Shown in pieces: positions 1-7,700 of a stretch of DNA of 64,000 nucleotides. Below the pieces are notes generated by a model that was not told where the DNA came from, searched no databases, and worked only from the letters and a program-made list of their open reading frames with translations. Source of the DNA: an uncultured bacterium (lineage in GTDB: Bacteria > Fermentibacterota > Fermentibacteria > Fermentibacterales > JCC-6); NCBI GenBank assembly GCA_964541235.1, contig CAZIPI010000014.1, positions 666-64,665 on the forward strand, written 5' to 3'. Numbering within the stretch: position 1 is the first letter of the stretch; each line of letters starts with the position of its first letter. Made by a program: the position numbers and the translations under genes.

Positions 1-1
1 G

Positions 2-163
2 ATATACGCCGGCTACTGGGCCACCACCGGCAACAGGACATTGACGGCTTTCTTCGGCAGCCCCACCGGCGACCTCTTCGAGTTCTGCCCGAATCTGCTG
101 CTGTCGGGAACAATGAACCTGTCTCCCATGACCTTCGGCGCCATAAAGGCGAGTTTCCAGTAG
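2..163 (+). CDS. C-terminal fragment (5' end off-window) of a third member of the paralog family seen at 201-821 and 831-1466
   Basis: Frame 2 is open from the window edge to TAG at 161-163. The C-terminus ...LLLSGTMNLSPMTFGAIKASFQ* parallels ...LNGTLSFQARTFGAIKASFD* of the next gene. Confidence 0.5.
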   Translation: MYAGYWATTGNRTLTAFFGSPTGDLFEFCPNLLLSGTMNLSPMTFGAIKASFQ

Positions 164-200
164 GGGGCGCTGCGGCAGTTTCCTGAACGGGGGGGGAAGA

Positions 201-821
201 ATGAGAAGTCTTGTGCTTGCGGGTCTGCTGGGATGTGCCGTGCTTGGCGCCGACATAGAGATCGGTACGAGCCAGTTCCCGGATGCGGTTCCCGTCTGCG
301 GGCCTTGAGTGCAGAACCTGCGCTACCAGGTGGTAGTGCTCGGAAGTGAGATCGGCAGCGCCATGACCATAGATGCCATCTCCTTTGTTGCGGCTCCGGA
401 AACAGGGGATTTCTCTTCATTCGACGAGTACAGGGTTTACATGGGTCCCACGACCCTGAACAGCCTGGGCACCGTCTTCGACGACAACTACAGCGGACCC
501 CGGCTCAATGTCTTCGACCATTCCAACGTGACGCACATGAATCAGGGCGGAATGGTGACCATCCCGCTGGACACTCCCTACTTCCACGCCGGGACCGGCA
601 ACCTGCTGATCGAGATAGATTACCAGATAGGCACGCCCATACCGGGCAATCAGAGCGTGTACGTCATGTACTGCTCGGTCCCGGATGACAGGATGCTGAG
701 GGCCAATGCTTCCGGCGCACAGAGCGGGCAGGCTTTCCCATTCCTTGCCCACATGTACCTGAACGGAACACTGTCATTCCAGGCGAGAACCTTCGGCGCC
801 ATCAAAGCGTCTTTCGACTAG
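201..821 (+). CDS. Exported (lipobox LLGC) protein of unknown family with in-frame TGA at 306-308. Candidate selenoprotein (CGP-U motif), paralog 1
   Basis: ATG at 201 follows a purine-rich stretch (ggggggaaga). The N-terminus MRSLVLAGLLGCAVLG looks like a signal peptide or lipobox. The same frame continues through TGA (306-308) into the ORF-track ORF 309-821. The region upstream of the TGA is conserved with paralog 2 in the same frame. Confidence 0.6.
320..339 (+). promoter_or_regulatory. Candidate bacterial SECIS hairpin (gcgctacc-AGGU-ggtagtgc)
   Basis: An 8-bp stem (one G-U pair) with a 4-nt AGGU loop begins 11 nt after TGA 306-308. The spacing and GGU-containing loop match the E. coli fdhF minimal SECIS model. 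Confidence 0.5.
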
Positions 822-830
822 CGGGAGGTC

Positions 831-1466
831 ATGATCAGGGCAGCGCTCACCAGGAGTGTCACCAACCTGAAGTGGGCGCTGCCCTTTCTTTTCTGCAGCT
901 CCGCCGCGGCGGTCAGCATCGAGACAGGTGTTTCAGAGTTCCCGATGAACATTCCATTCTGCGGAGGTTGACACAGTCAGATGCGCTGCCAGGTGGTGGT
1001 GCCGGGAAGCGAAATGGGGGGCAGCGGAGTTTTTTCCGTGTTCATCGAGTCCATCTCCTTCAGGGCCGCCGCCCCTGAGACGGTTGCCTTCGACCGCTTC
1101 TCGGTATCGCTGGGCACAGCGGCGAACGGGTTCCTTGAGGAGAGTTTCCAGGGTAACTTTGCGGGAGAGAGAGTTAGCGTGTTTGAGGCAGAGGGGTGTT
1201 CGTTCACCCCTTCCGGGGGTTGGGTGTCCATCCCGCTGGAAAGGGAATACCTGTTCAACTGCTCGGATAACCTTCTCATAGAGGTGATCTACAGCGGAGC
1301 GGATGGCGGCATGCTCTACTGCGGTTTCGGGGAGACCGATGAAGTGCGGACTGTATGCAACGGAGACCACCAAAGCCCCCGGGGCTACACGTACCGGTTC
1401 GCACCCCATATTGTCATCTCCGGAACACTTGGAGTGAACACATTGTTCGGTGAGTGCATTCTGTGA
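831..1466 (+). CDS. Exported protein, paralog 2, with in-frame TGA at 969-971. Candidate selenoprotein (CGG-U motif)
   Basis: GGGAGG RBS at 823-828 precedes ATG 831. The N-terminus has a hydrophobic signal-like segment (WALPFLFCSSAAA). The frame continues through TGA 969-971 into ORF-track ORF 981-1466. It aligns with paralog 1 on both sides of the TGA (IE[IT]G[TV]S[QE]FP...CG[PG]-TGA-...[YC]QVVV[LP]GSE[IM]G). Confidence 0.6.
983..1002 (+). promoter_or_regulatory. Candidate bacterial SECIS hairpin (gcgctgcc-AGGU-ggtggtgc)
   Basis: An 8-bp stem (G-C plus G-U wobble pairs) with the same AGGU loop again starts exactly 11 nt after the TGA (969-971). Confidence 0.5.
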
Positions 1467-1510
1467 GACCGGAGGGGTTTCATCACGGCTGAAAAGGGGG
1501 TCGGATCCAC

Positions 1511-2869
1511 ATGAGGGTGATTCTGGCAGTTCTTGTCCTCGCCGCGGTAGCCGCCGCACAGTGCCCGTTGCGCCTGACCCCCGCCGAGGCGTGTTTCGAG
1601 GGTTCCCCCAGGTGCGCGCTCTATGTGGATTCCAACGGAGATCAGAGGTGCGACAACCCCGGTCCCCAACCGGTGATAGACCCCGAACCCGAGCCTGAGC
1701 CCGAACCTGAACCTGTTCCGGAAGAGGCTGCCCCGGTAGTCGAGGATACTCCCGTTATCCCTGAGCCCGAACCCACTCCAGCAGTCACCGAGGAAACCCG
1801 GCCGCAGCCCGTTGTGGAGGAGGCGATCCAGGAGGAAGAGGCTGTGCAGGAGGAACCTTCTCCCTCCGATACGCTTCCAGTGACAGCGGAGCCGCCGGCC
1901 TTCACAGGGTGCCCCCTTGGTCTGCCGCCCGAGGAGGCCTGTTACTCCGAGTCCCCAAGGTGCGCCCTCTTCACCGATTCGAACCAGGATGGAAGGTGCG
2001 ACAACCCGGGTGAAGCGGAGGAACGGCCCGACACCGTTCAGGCGGTTCCCGTAACGGGATGCCCCCTGGGGCTGCCTCCTGAGGCGGCATGCCCCGGCGA
2101 CCTGGCGCTGTGCCCGCACTGGTTCGGCCATTCGACAGGCGTCCCATGCTCCAACCCCTCCGGCGGGAGCAGAAGGGTTTACATAGCCCTTATCGCGCTC
2201 TCCATACTTATGATGGTCTCCACCGTGCTCAGCAGAAGGCTCCGGGGGAGAAAGCTGCATGACAGGCTCAGAAGGAGCATCGCACACAAAACGATCCACG
2301 GCTTGAGCCTTGTTACGCTGGGCTTCGGCATTCAGGGCTGTTTCTGCCCACTTGGAGCGTTCCAGTATGCCTTCCTGAAAGACGGCCTTCTGTTCCTGGG
2401 GTGGGCGGGTGTGGCCCTTCTGGTGATCCCATTCCTGTTCGCATCGTTCTTCGGCAGGATATTCTGCTGCTGGGTCTGTCCAATGGGCGCCATGCAGGAA
2501 CTGGCCTACCGGATCCCATCACCGGGCAAGCTGAACCCCCGGGGCCGTATCAGCAGGATCGTGGGCAGGTTTCGTTTCGTGGTGCTGGGAGGGCTGGTCA
2601 CTGTGCTGCTTCTGAACAGGTTCGGCATGATCCAGAGCCAGTGGCCCGCTATCTTCTGCAGGTTCGACCCCTTCCACACCATATTCACGCTGTTCCTCAC
2701 GGGGAGCATGATCGCAGCGGGTGTCACCCTTCTGCTCTCGGTCTTCGTGAGAAGGTTCTTCTGCAGGTACCTGTGCTTCCTGGGGGCAGCCCTGAGCCTC
2801 TTCGCGCCACTCAGGATCTACAGCCGCATCACGGGCAGGAAACAGCCGGCTTCAAGCTGCGACACCTGA
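1511..2869 (+). CDS. Membrane 4Fe-4S-binding (NapH/NosR-like polyferredoxin-type) protein with N-terminal signal peptide, three Cys-rich repeats and a Pro/Glu-rich linker
   Basis: Signal peptide MRVILAVLVLAAVAAAQ. Three repeats of the form CPLxLxPxEAC...SPRCAL..DSNxDxRCDNPG. A PEPEPEPEPEP linker. The multi-TM C-terminal half carries FCCWVCPMGAMQE and FFCRYLCFLGA motifs typical of the NapH/Fer4_5-type membrane Fe-S family. Confidence 0.7.
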   Translation: MRVILAVLVLAAVAAAQCPLRLTPAEACFEGSPRCALYVDSNGDQRCDNPGPQPVIDPEPEPEPEPEPVPEEAAPVVEDTPVIPEPEPTPAVTEETRPQPVVEEAIQEEEAVQEEPSPSDTLPVTAEPPAFTGCPLGLPPEEACYSESPRCALFTDSNQDGRCDNPGEAEERPDTVQAVPVTGCPLGLPPEAACPGDLALCPHWFGHSTGVPCSNPSGGSRRVYIALIALSILMMVSTVLSRRLRGRKLHDRLRRSIAHKTIHGLSLVTLGFGIQGCFCPLGAFQYAFLKDGLLFLGWAGVALLVIPFLFASFFGRIFCCWVCPMGAMQELAYRIPSPGKLNPRGRISRIVGRFRFVVLGGLVTVLLLNRFGMIQSQWPAIFCRFDPFHTIFTLFLTGSMIAAGVTLLLSVFVRRFFCRYLCFLGAALSLFAPLRIYSRITGRKQPASSCDT

Positions 2870-3706
2870 TCAGGGAAGGCAGACGAGCCTGATCGGCGGC
2901 ATCCCGGAGCCTCCGGCCAATCGTGCCAGATAGACCCCCGCAGCCGGAGGAGCGAACAGCCCCGAGCCGGAGGAAACATCCAGGCTCTGCACCTTTCTGC
3001 CTGAGATGTCGAACACCTCAAGAACCCCCTCGGAAGGGATCCCTTGCACCGAGATGATGACGCTTCCCGAAAAGGGGTTCCTGTCGGGGATGATGGCCGG
3101 GGCGGGGATCGCGTCGTGGGACTGGCCTTCCGTTCCGGTCTCATCGTACTGGAGTTCGGCCCAGTCCCACCAGGCGGTGGTCTCCCCGGCGGCAAGACCC
3201 CACTCACCCTCCCGGACGTCCGCGGAAGAGCTTGCCGCGAGAAGCCAGGTCTGGGAGGACTGAACATGCTCGATGCTGAGCAGCATATCGGGGCCCTGGC
3301 AGGTGAACACCAGCAGGTATTCGCCCGCGGGGAAGTCGGTGTAGAGCGAGCTGAAAATGGTTGACGTGGTACCATTGCTGACCCGTCTTATCCTGGCGAC
3401 GTTGTGGTCCACTGAAATGTAGGCGTAAACTCCCGTGTTCAGGTTGTCCAGCCTTGCAACGACTCCGAAAGTGTGGTTCCCGCTCCCGAAAACGCTTATC
3501 ACCCCGTCCTGTGTGGTGGGATTACCGGGGAACACCAGAGCGCTGCATGTCCTGGAGGTCTGGCAGAAAGCCATTCCGTTGCTGGGGTACCAGTTCGCTG
3601 TTCCGCAACGGGCCGTCCATCCGCCAAGCCCATCGGAGAAGTCATCGAAGAGGGTGGCGGAAAGGGCGACAGACACTGCCAGCAAAGTGCCGTATGCGCT
3701 TCTCAT
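2870..3706 (-). CDS. Secreted DUF1080/LamG-like domain protein with Por/T9SS-type C-terminal sorting domain
   Basis: Signal peptide MRSAYGTLLAVSVALSATL (ATG at 3706; the ORF extends to 3766). FDDFSDGLGGW is typical of DUF1080-like jelly-roll domains. C-terminal ...VFDISGRKVQSLDV...GVYLARL...IRLVCLP resembles a T9SS CTD. Confidence 0.6.
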   Translation of the reverse strand: MRSAYGTLLAVSVALSATLFDDFSDGLGGWTARCGTANWYPSNGMAFCQTSRTCSALVFPGNPTTQDGVISVFGSGNHTFGVVARLDNLNTGVYAYISVDHNVARIRRVSNGTTSTIFSSLYTDFPAGEYLLVFTCQGPDMLLSIEHVQSSQTWLLAASSSADVREGEWGLAAGETTAWWDWAELQYDETGTEGQSHDAIPAPAIIPDRNPFSGSVIISVQGIPSEGVLEVFDISGRKVQSLDVSSGSGLFAPPAAGVYLARLAGGSGMPPIRLVCLP

Positions 3707-3810
3707 CTCTTTCCTGCCCTTCTGTAAATCCATACATGGAACAATAATGTGCATTTGCGCTTTCAAAACATGGTATAGCCTCTTGTAGCAGGGGCGTCAA
3801 GTTCCCCGGC

Positions 3811-4596
3811 ATGTATCCGCAGGCGCGAAAACATGGGTATATTCAGGATCGTCGTTTCAAAGGAGGAGAATTGGCTGATCCAAGGATCAAGGGCGAGAAG
3901 GGCAGAAGCCCCCTGAAAGAGGTTTTCGGGGAAATGCCCCTGCCCGGTTCTCTCTCGGAGAGAACACTGGATTACGATGCCTACTGGACGGAACGCCTTG
4001 ACTCAGGGGTTCTCACGGAACCTGCAAAAAGGCGTGCCAGGGGCATCAGCGACCTGATCGGGAGAGGCGACTCGGTTCTCGACATAGGTTGCGGCACTGG
4101 AGAAACCCTTGAACTCCTCCGGGATGAGAAGGCTGTGGAAGGCACGGGGCTGGATGTATCGGACCTGGCCCTGTCCAGTGTGAGCCGGATGGGTTTCAAG
4201 ACCATCAACTGCGATCTCACACTGGAGAATACATCCCTGGCAGGCCAATGGGACCACATAATCCTGTTCGAGATAATCGAACACATCCACGAGGCCGAGG
4301 TCCTGATGCTGAAGCTGAAGGGACGGTATAGAAAGGGGCTGTACGTCTCCACCCCCAACCTGGGTTACCTGTCCCACAGGCTGAGGCTTCTGTTCGGGCG
4401 TTTCCCGGTCACCTACATAAGCGACCCCAGAGAACACATCAGATACTGGAGTGTCAGGGATTTCATCTGGTGGTCCCGCTCTCTGGGCTTTCCCGCTCCC
4501 GAGGTCAGGGGTCTGAGAGGAAGACCCGCCCTTCTGGGGCTCCCGCGGCGATGGCCCGCGCTCTTCGCCAGCGAGGTGGTGTACTGCTTCAGATAA
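3811..4596 (+). CDS. Class I SAM-dependent methyltransferase (MetW-like)
   Basis: VLDIGCGTGE (motif I) and WDHIILFEIIEHI. The likely true start is TTG 3871, preceded by AGGAGG at 3861-3866. Confidence 0.7.
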   Translation: MYPQARKHGYIQDRRFKGGELADPRIKGEKGRSPLKEVFGEMPLPGSLSERTLDYDAYWTERLDSGVLTEPAKRRARGISDLIGRGDSVLDIGCGTGETLELLRDEKAVEGTGLDVSDLALSSVSRMGFKTINCDLTLENTSLAGQWDHIILFEIIEHIHEAEVLMLKLKGRYRKGLYVSTPNLGYLSHRLRLLFGRFPVTYISDPREHIRYWSVRDFIWWSRSLGFPAPEVRGLRGRPALLGLPRRWPALFASEVVYCFR

Positions 4597-4668
4597 TGCC
4601 CTCTTGACCCCGCCCGGTGATGTGCTAATTCATTGGCCTGAGTTTGTCATTCCAAGCGGGGGGGTAAC

Positions 4669-6573
4669 ATGAGGGAGACCTGGGGAAGCAGACGGGCCTT
4701 CATTCTGGCCGCTATCGGAAGCGCCATAGGGCTCGGGAACATCTGGAGATTTCCGTACGTGGCGTACGCCAACGGGGGAGGCGCCTTCCTGGTGGCCTAC
4801 TTCGCATGCCTCTTCATCGCGGGCATTCCCGTTATGATGCTTGAGTTCGGCCTTGGGCACAGGTACAGGCAGGCGGCTCCGGGGGCTTTCCGAAGCATCA
4901 GGCCCTCGCTGGAGTGGTTCGGATGGATGGCCGCCCTTCTTTCCTTCGTGATCGTGGTGTACTACGCCATAATCATGACATGGTGCGTGAACTACACCTA
5001 CGAGGCCGCAACCCAGGGATGGAAGCAGGAACCGGGTCTTTATGCCGACCCATCCGTGGCCATCGCCCCCACCCTCCTGTCGGACATGGAGGTCCTTACC
5101 CCGGTGCCCGGCGAGCTTGCGGGGTCTCCCTTCGTCTCACCGGTGAGCGGCACTCCCGGTGTCGTGCGATCCGAGCCCACATCAATCGTGATGCACCAGG
5201 GATGCGCCTACGGCTTCCCAACCCGTGCGCAGGCAGAAGCCTTCGCCCGGCAGCCCTGCGTTGACGACCACTGCGTCCTGACCTCCGGAGAGGGCACGGG
5301 AACATCCGTACTCCCCCGGGTGCCGGCCGCGCTTCTGGGCCGACCCTACGTATCCCCTGTTGACGGTTCGTCCGGGGTGGTGATGAACATCTCCACCATC
5401 CTCGTTGCGTACGGGGGGCGTTTGTACGGTTTCGACAGCGTTGACGAGGCAAGCACTTTCATGGGGTCTCCCGGGGACTTCTTCTTCAACCGGTTCCTGG
5501 GCATCACCTCTTCTCCATGGGACATGGGAAGCTTCCGCTGGCCCCTTCTGATCGGCTTCATCATCTCGTGGGTCTGGATAATCGCAAGCATCTGGAAGGG
5601 CACGAAAACGGTGGGCAGGGTTGTTTACTACACCGTGATAATCCCCTGGGTGCTGCTTCTTGTATTCATCATCAGGGGGGTCACCCTGCCGGGGGCAGGC
5701 GCGGGGCTTGCCTACTACCTTACTCCGGAGTGGGGCCGGCTCCTCAGCGGCGACATCTGGCTTGCTGCGCTGACCCAGGTCTTCTTCAGTCTTAGCGTGG
5801 GCTTCGGGGTGATGATCGCCTACGGCAGCTTCCTGCCAAAAAAGGCAAACCTGGCCGGAAGCGCCTTCATCATCGGAATTGCCGACGCCCTGACCGCCTT
5901 CTGCGGAGGGCTGGCCGTTTTCAGCGCCCTGGGTTTCCAGGCGTCCAGGCTGGGGGTGCCCGTGAGCGAAGTGGTGAAATCTGGGCCGGGCCTGGCCTTC
6001 GTGGCGTACCCCCACATCATATCCAGCCTGCCGGGGGCGCCTGTTTTCGGCGTGCTCTTCTTCCTGATGCTTCTTACCCTGGCTGTGGATTCGGCGTTCA
6101 GCCTCGTTGAGGGCGTCACCGCATCCATCAAGGACAAATGGGGGCTCTCACACAGGCGGGTGAACCTGATGGTGGGCGGCGCCGCCTTCCTTCTGGGCCT
6201 TCCCATGCTGTCAGGGGCCGGGCTTCACATCCTCGACATAGTTGACCACTTCATGAACAACATCTCCCTGGCGCTGGTGGTCCTGGGCCAGATCCTCATC
6301 GTCGGCTGGTTCCTGCCTGCGGAGAAGATGAGAACCTACATCAACGCCAACTCCGGGATCCGAACAGGCCTCTGGTGGAACACCAGCGTCCGCTGGATCA
6401 TACCCTTGGGCATGCTGTGGATGCTGGCGTCGGAGATCAGGGCCAGAACCGCGGGCGCATACGGCAGCTTCGAACTGCGGAGCCAGGAGTTCCTTCTGGG
6501 GTGGCTTGTTGTGATGCTCCTGCCGGTGGTGGGAGACCTGCTGGCATCGGGCAAAGGGAGCTGGAAGGACTAG
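4669..6573 (+). CDS. Neurotransmitter:sodium symporter (NSS/SNF) family transporter with a ~170-aa insertion after TM3
   Basis: Hallmark N-terminus WGSRRAFILAAIGSAIGLGNIWRFPY. Multi-TM throughout. An internal duplicated module lies at aa 145-196 and 217-268. Confidence 0.9.
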   Translation: MRETWGSRRAFILAAIGSAIGLGNIWRFPYVAYANGGGAFLVAYFACLFIAGIPVMMLEFGLGHRYRQAAPGAFRSIRPSLEWFGWMAALLSFVIVVYYAIIMTWCVNYTYEAATQGWKQEPGLYADPSVAIAPTLLSDMEVLTPVPGELAGSPFVSPVSGTPGVVRSEPTSIVMHQGCAYGFPTRAQAEAFARQPCVDDHCVLTSGEGTGTSVLPRVPAALLGRPYVSPVDGSSGVVMNISTILVAYGGRLYGFDSVDEASTFMGSPGDFFFNRFLGITSSPWDMGSFRWPLLIGFIISWVWIIASIWKGTKTVGRVVYYTVIIPWVLLLVFIIRGVTLPGAGAGLAYYLTPEWGRLLSGDIWLAALTQVFFSLSVGFGVMIAYGSFLPKKANLAGSAFIIGIADALTAFCGGLAVFSALGFQASRLGVPVSEVVKSGPGLAFVAYPHIISSLPGAPVFGVLFFLMLLTLAVDSAFSLVEGVTASIKDKWGLSHRRVNLMVGGAAFLLGLPMLSGAGLHILDIVDHFMNNISLALVVLGQILIVGWFLPAEKMRTYINANSGIRTGLWWNTSVRWIIPLGMLWMLASEIRARTAGAYGSFELRSQEFLLGWLVVMLLPVVGDLLASGKGSWKD

Positions 6574-7676
6574 TACCCCCCGAACGCAGGGCATGTGGAG
6601 CAATCCGAGGCGAAGCATTCCAGGTCGGGACGGATGTAGAAACTGAAGCCGGAATCGGGATCGCACCTGTACCCGAACCCGCTCATGTACTGGTAAACTA
6701 TGCCCGCCCTTTCCTGATCGTAGGGCTCATACCCCACGGCGAACAGCCTGAACCTGCGGGCTTCCGCTTGTTCAACGGCATGTTCCTGCCAGGGGGAAAG
6801 CACCGCCTCCGATCTGTGATCGAACCACCAGGGACCTATCACTCCGGCCAGTTCCGGTATCCTTTCCAGCGCTTCAAGCCAGTCCGAAGTGTCGGCGCTC
6901 ACCACATAGAGCGGCGGCATTGCCGCCCCGGCAAGGTCGCGAGCCATGTCCGTTCCCCTGTCGCCCGGCATCCCGGGGAAAGTGAGCAGGTAGATGGTGT
7001 CCTGGTCCATGGCGCTCCATACGCCTGGCTGGCCGGGGGATTCCACCAGCCTGGGGTCGGAGGGGGCTGCGTAGAATGCCGCCAGTCCCCGGATGCCAAT
7101 GACCATGAAGTACACCGCCACAAACACAGCAAGTACCCGTGCAACGCCGGTGAACCACCTCTTTGCGGTGAAGAGCCCGGCAATGGAGAGGGGAAGCATG
7201 TAAACGGTGGTGCCGAAGAAGAACCCAGCGAAGAGAAGCGCCCCGTTCAGCGCCCCTCCCGCATCGAACGCGCTTGTCAGGGCGATGAGGAAAGCGGGAC
7301 ACAGCGAGAAGCCGGTGAATATCCCCAGCAGGAACGGGCTTCCCGTGAACTTCATCCACTTGGATACCTGACAGCCGCCGCATTTCCTGTTCACCCTCAG
7401 GGTGCTCACCAGCAGGAACACGCTGAAGAGGATGTAACCCGCATAGGAAAGGGGTATCCTTACACGGCTGGGTATCCCGCCTCCGAGGAAGCCGATGAGC
7501 GCCCCGAAGCAGACGTAGGCGGCGAACCTTCCCAGGTTCAGGGTGAGCAGGACAAGAAGCGACTGCTTCCCGGTCCTCTTCTCGCTGAACAGGTACGCCG
7601 CATAGACAGGCCCGCATGACGCCAGGCAGGAAACCCCTGTGGCAAGCCCAAGGCTCAGCCCCTCAACAAGGCCCAC
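6570..7676 (-). CDS. DsbD_2/TauE-like integral membrane protein (C-x3-CGP motif) fused to a ~170-aa C-terminal soluble domain ending in CxxxxCxxCP
   Basis: N-terminus GLATGVSCLASCGPV followed by about 6 hydrophobic helices and a CGGC motif. The C-terminus is ...DLECFASDCSTCPAFGGY*. It is the last gene of the minus-strand operon. Confidence 0.55.
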   Translation of the reverse strand: MGLVEGLSLGLATGVSCLASCGPVYAAYLFSEKRTGKQSLLVLLTLNLGRFAAYVCFGALIGFLGGGIPSRVRIPLSYAGYILFSVFLLVSTLRVNRKCGGCQVSKWMKFTGSPFLLGIFTGFSLCPAFLIALTSAFDAGGALNGALLFAGFFFGTTVYMLPLSIAGLFTAKRWFTGVARVLAVFVAVYFMVIGIRGLAAFYAAPSDPRLVESPGQPGVWSAMDQDTIYLLTFPGMPGDRGTDMARDLAGAAMPPLYVVSADTSDWLEALERIPELAGVIGPWWFDHRSEAVLSPWQEHAVEQAEARRFRLFAVGYEPYDQERAGIVYQYMSGFGYRCDPDSGFSFYIRPDLECFASDCSTCPAFGGY

Positions 7677-7700
7677 TGTCTCCCCTTTCCCTGATGCCGG

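Noticed and set aside
1675-1725. GAACCC/GAGCCT tandem DNA repeat
   Set aside because: It simply encodes the PEPEPEPEPEP low-complexity linker inside the CDS and is not an independent repeat element.
6375-7619. 414-aa plus-strand ORF
   Set aside because: It is entirely antisense to the DsbD_2-like gene. The Arg/Gly/Pro/His-rich composition is typical of shadow ORFs in GC-rich DNA, and it has no motifs.
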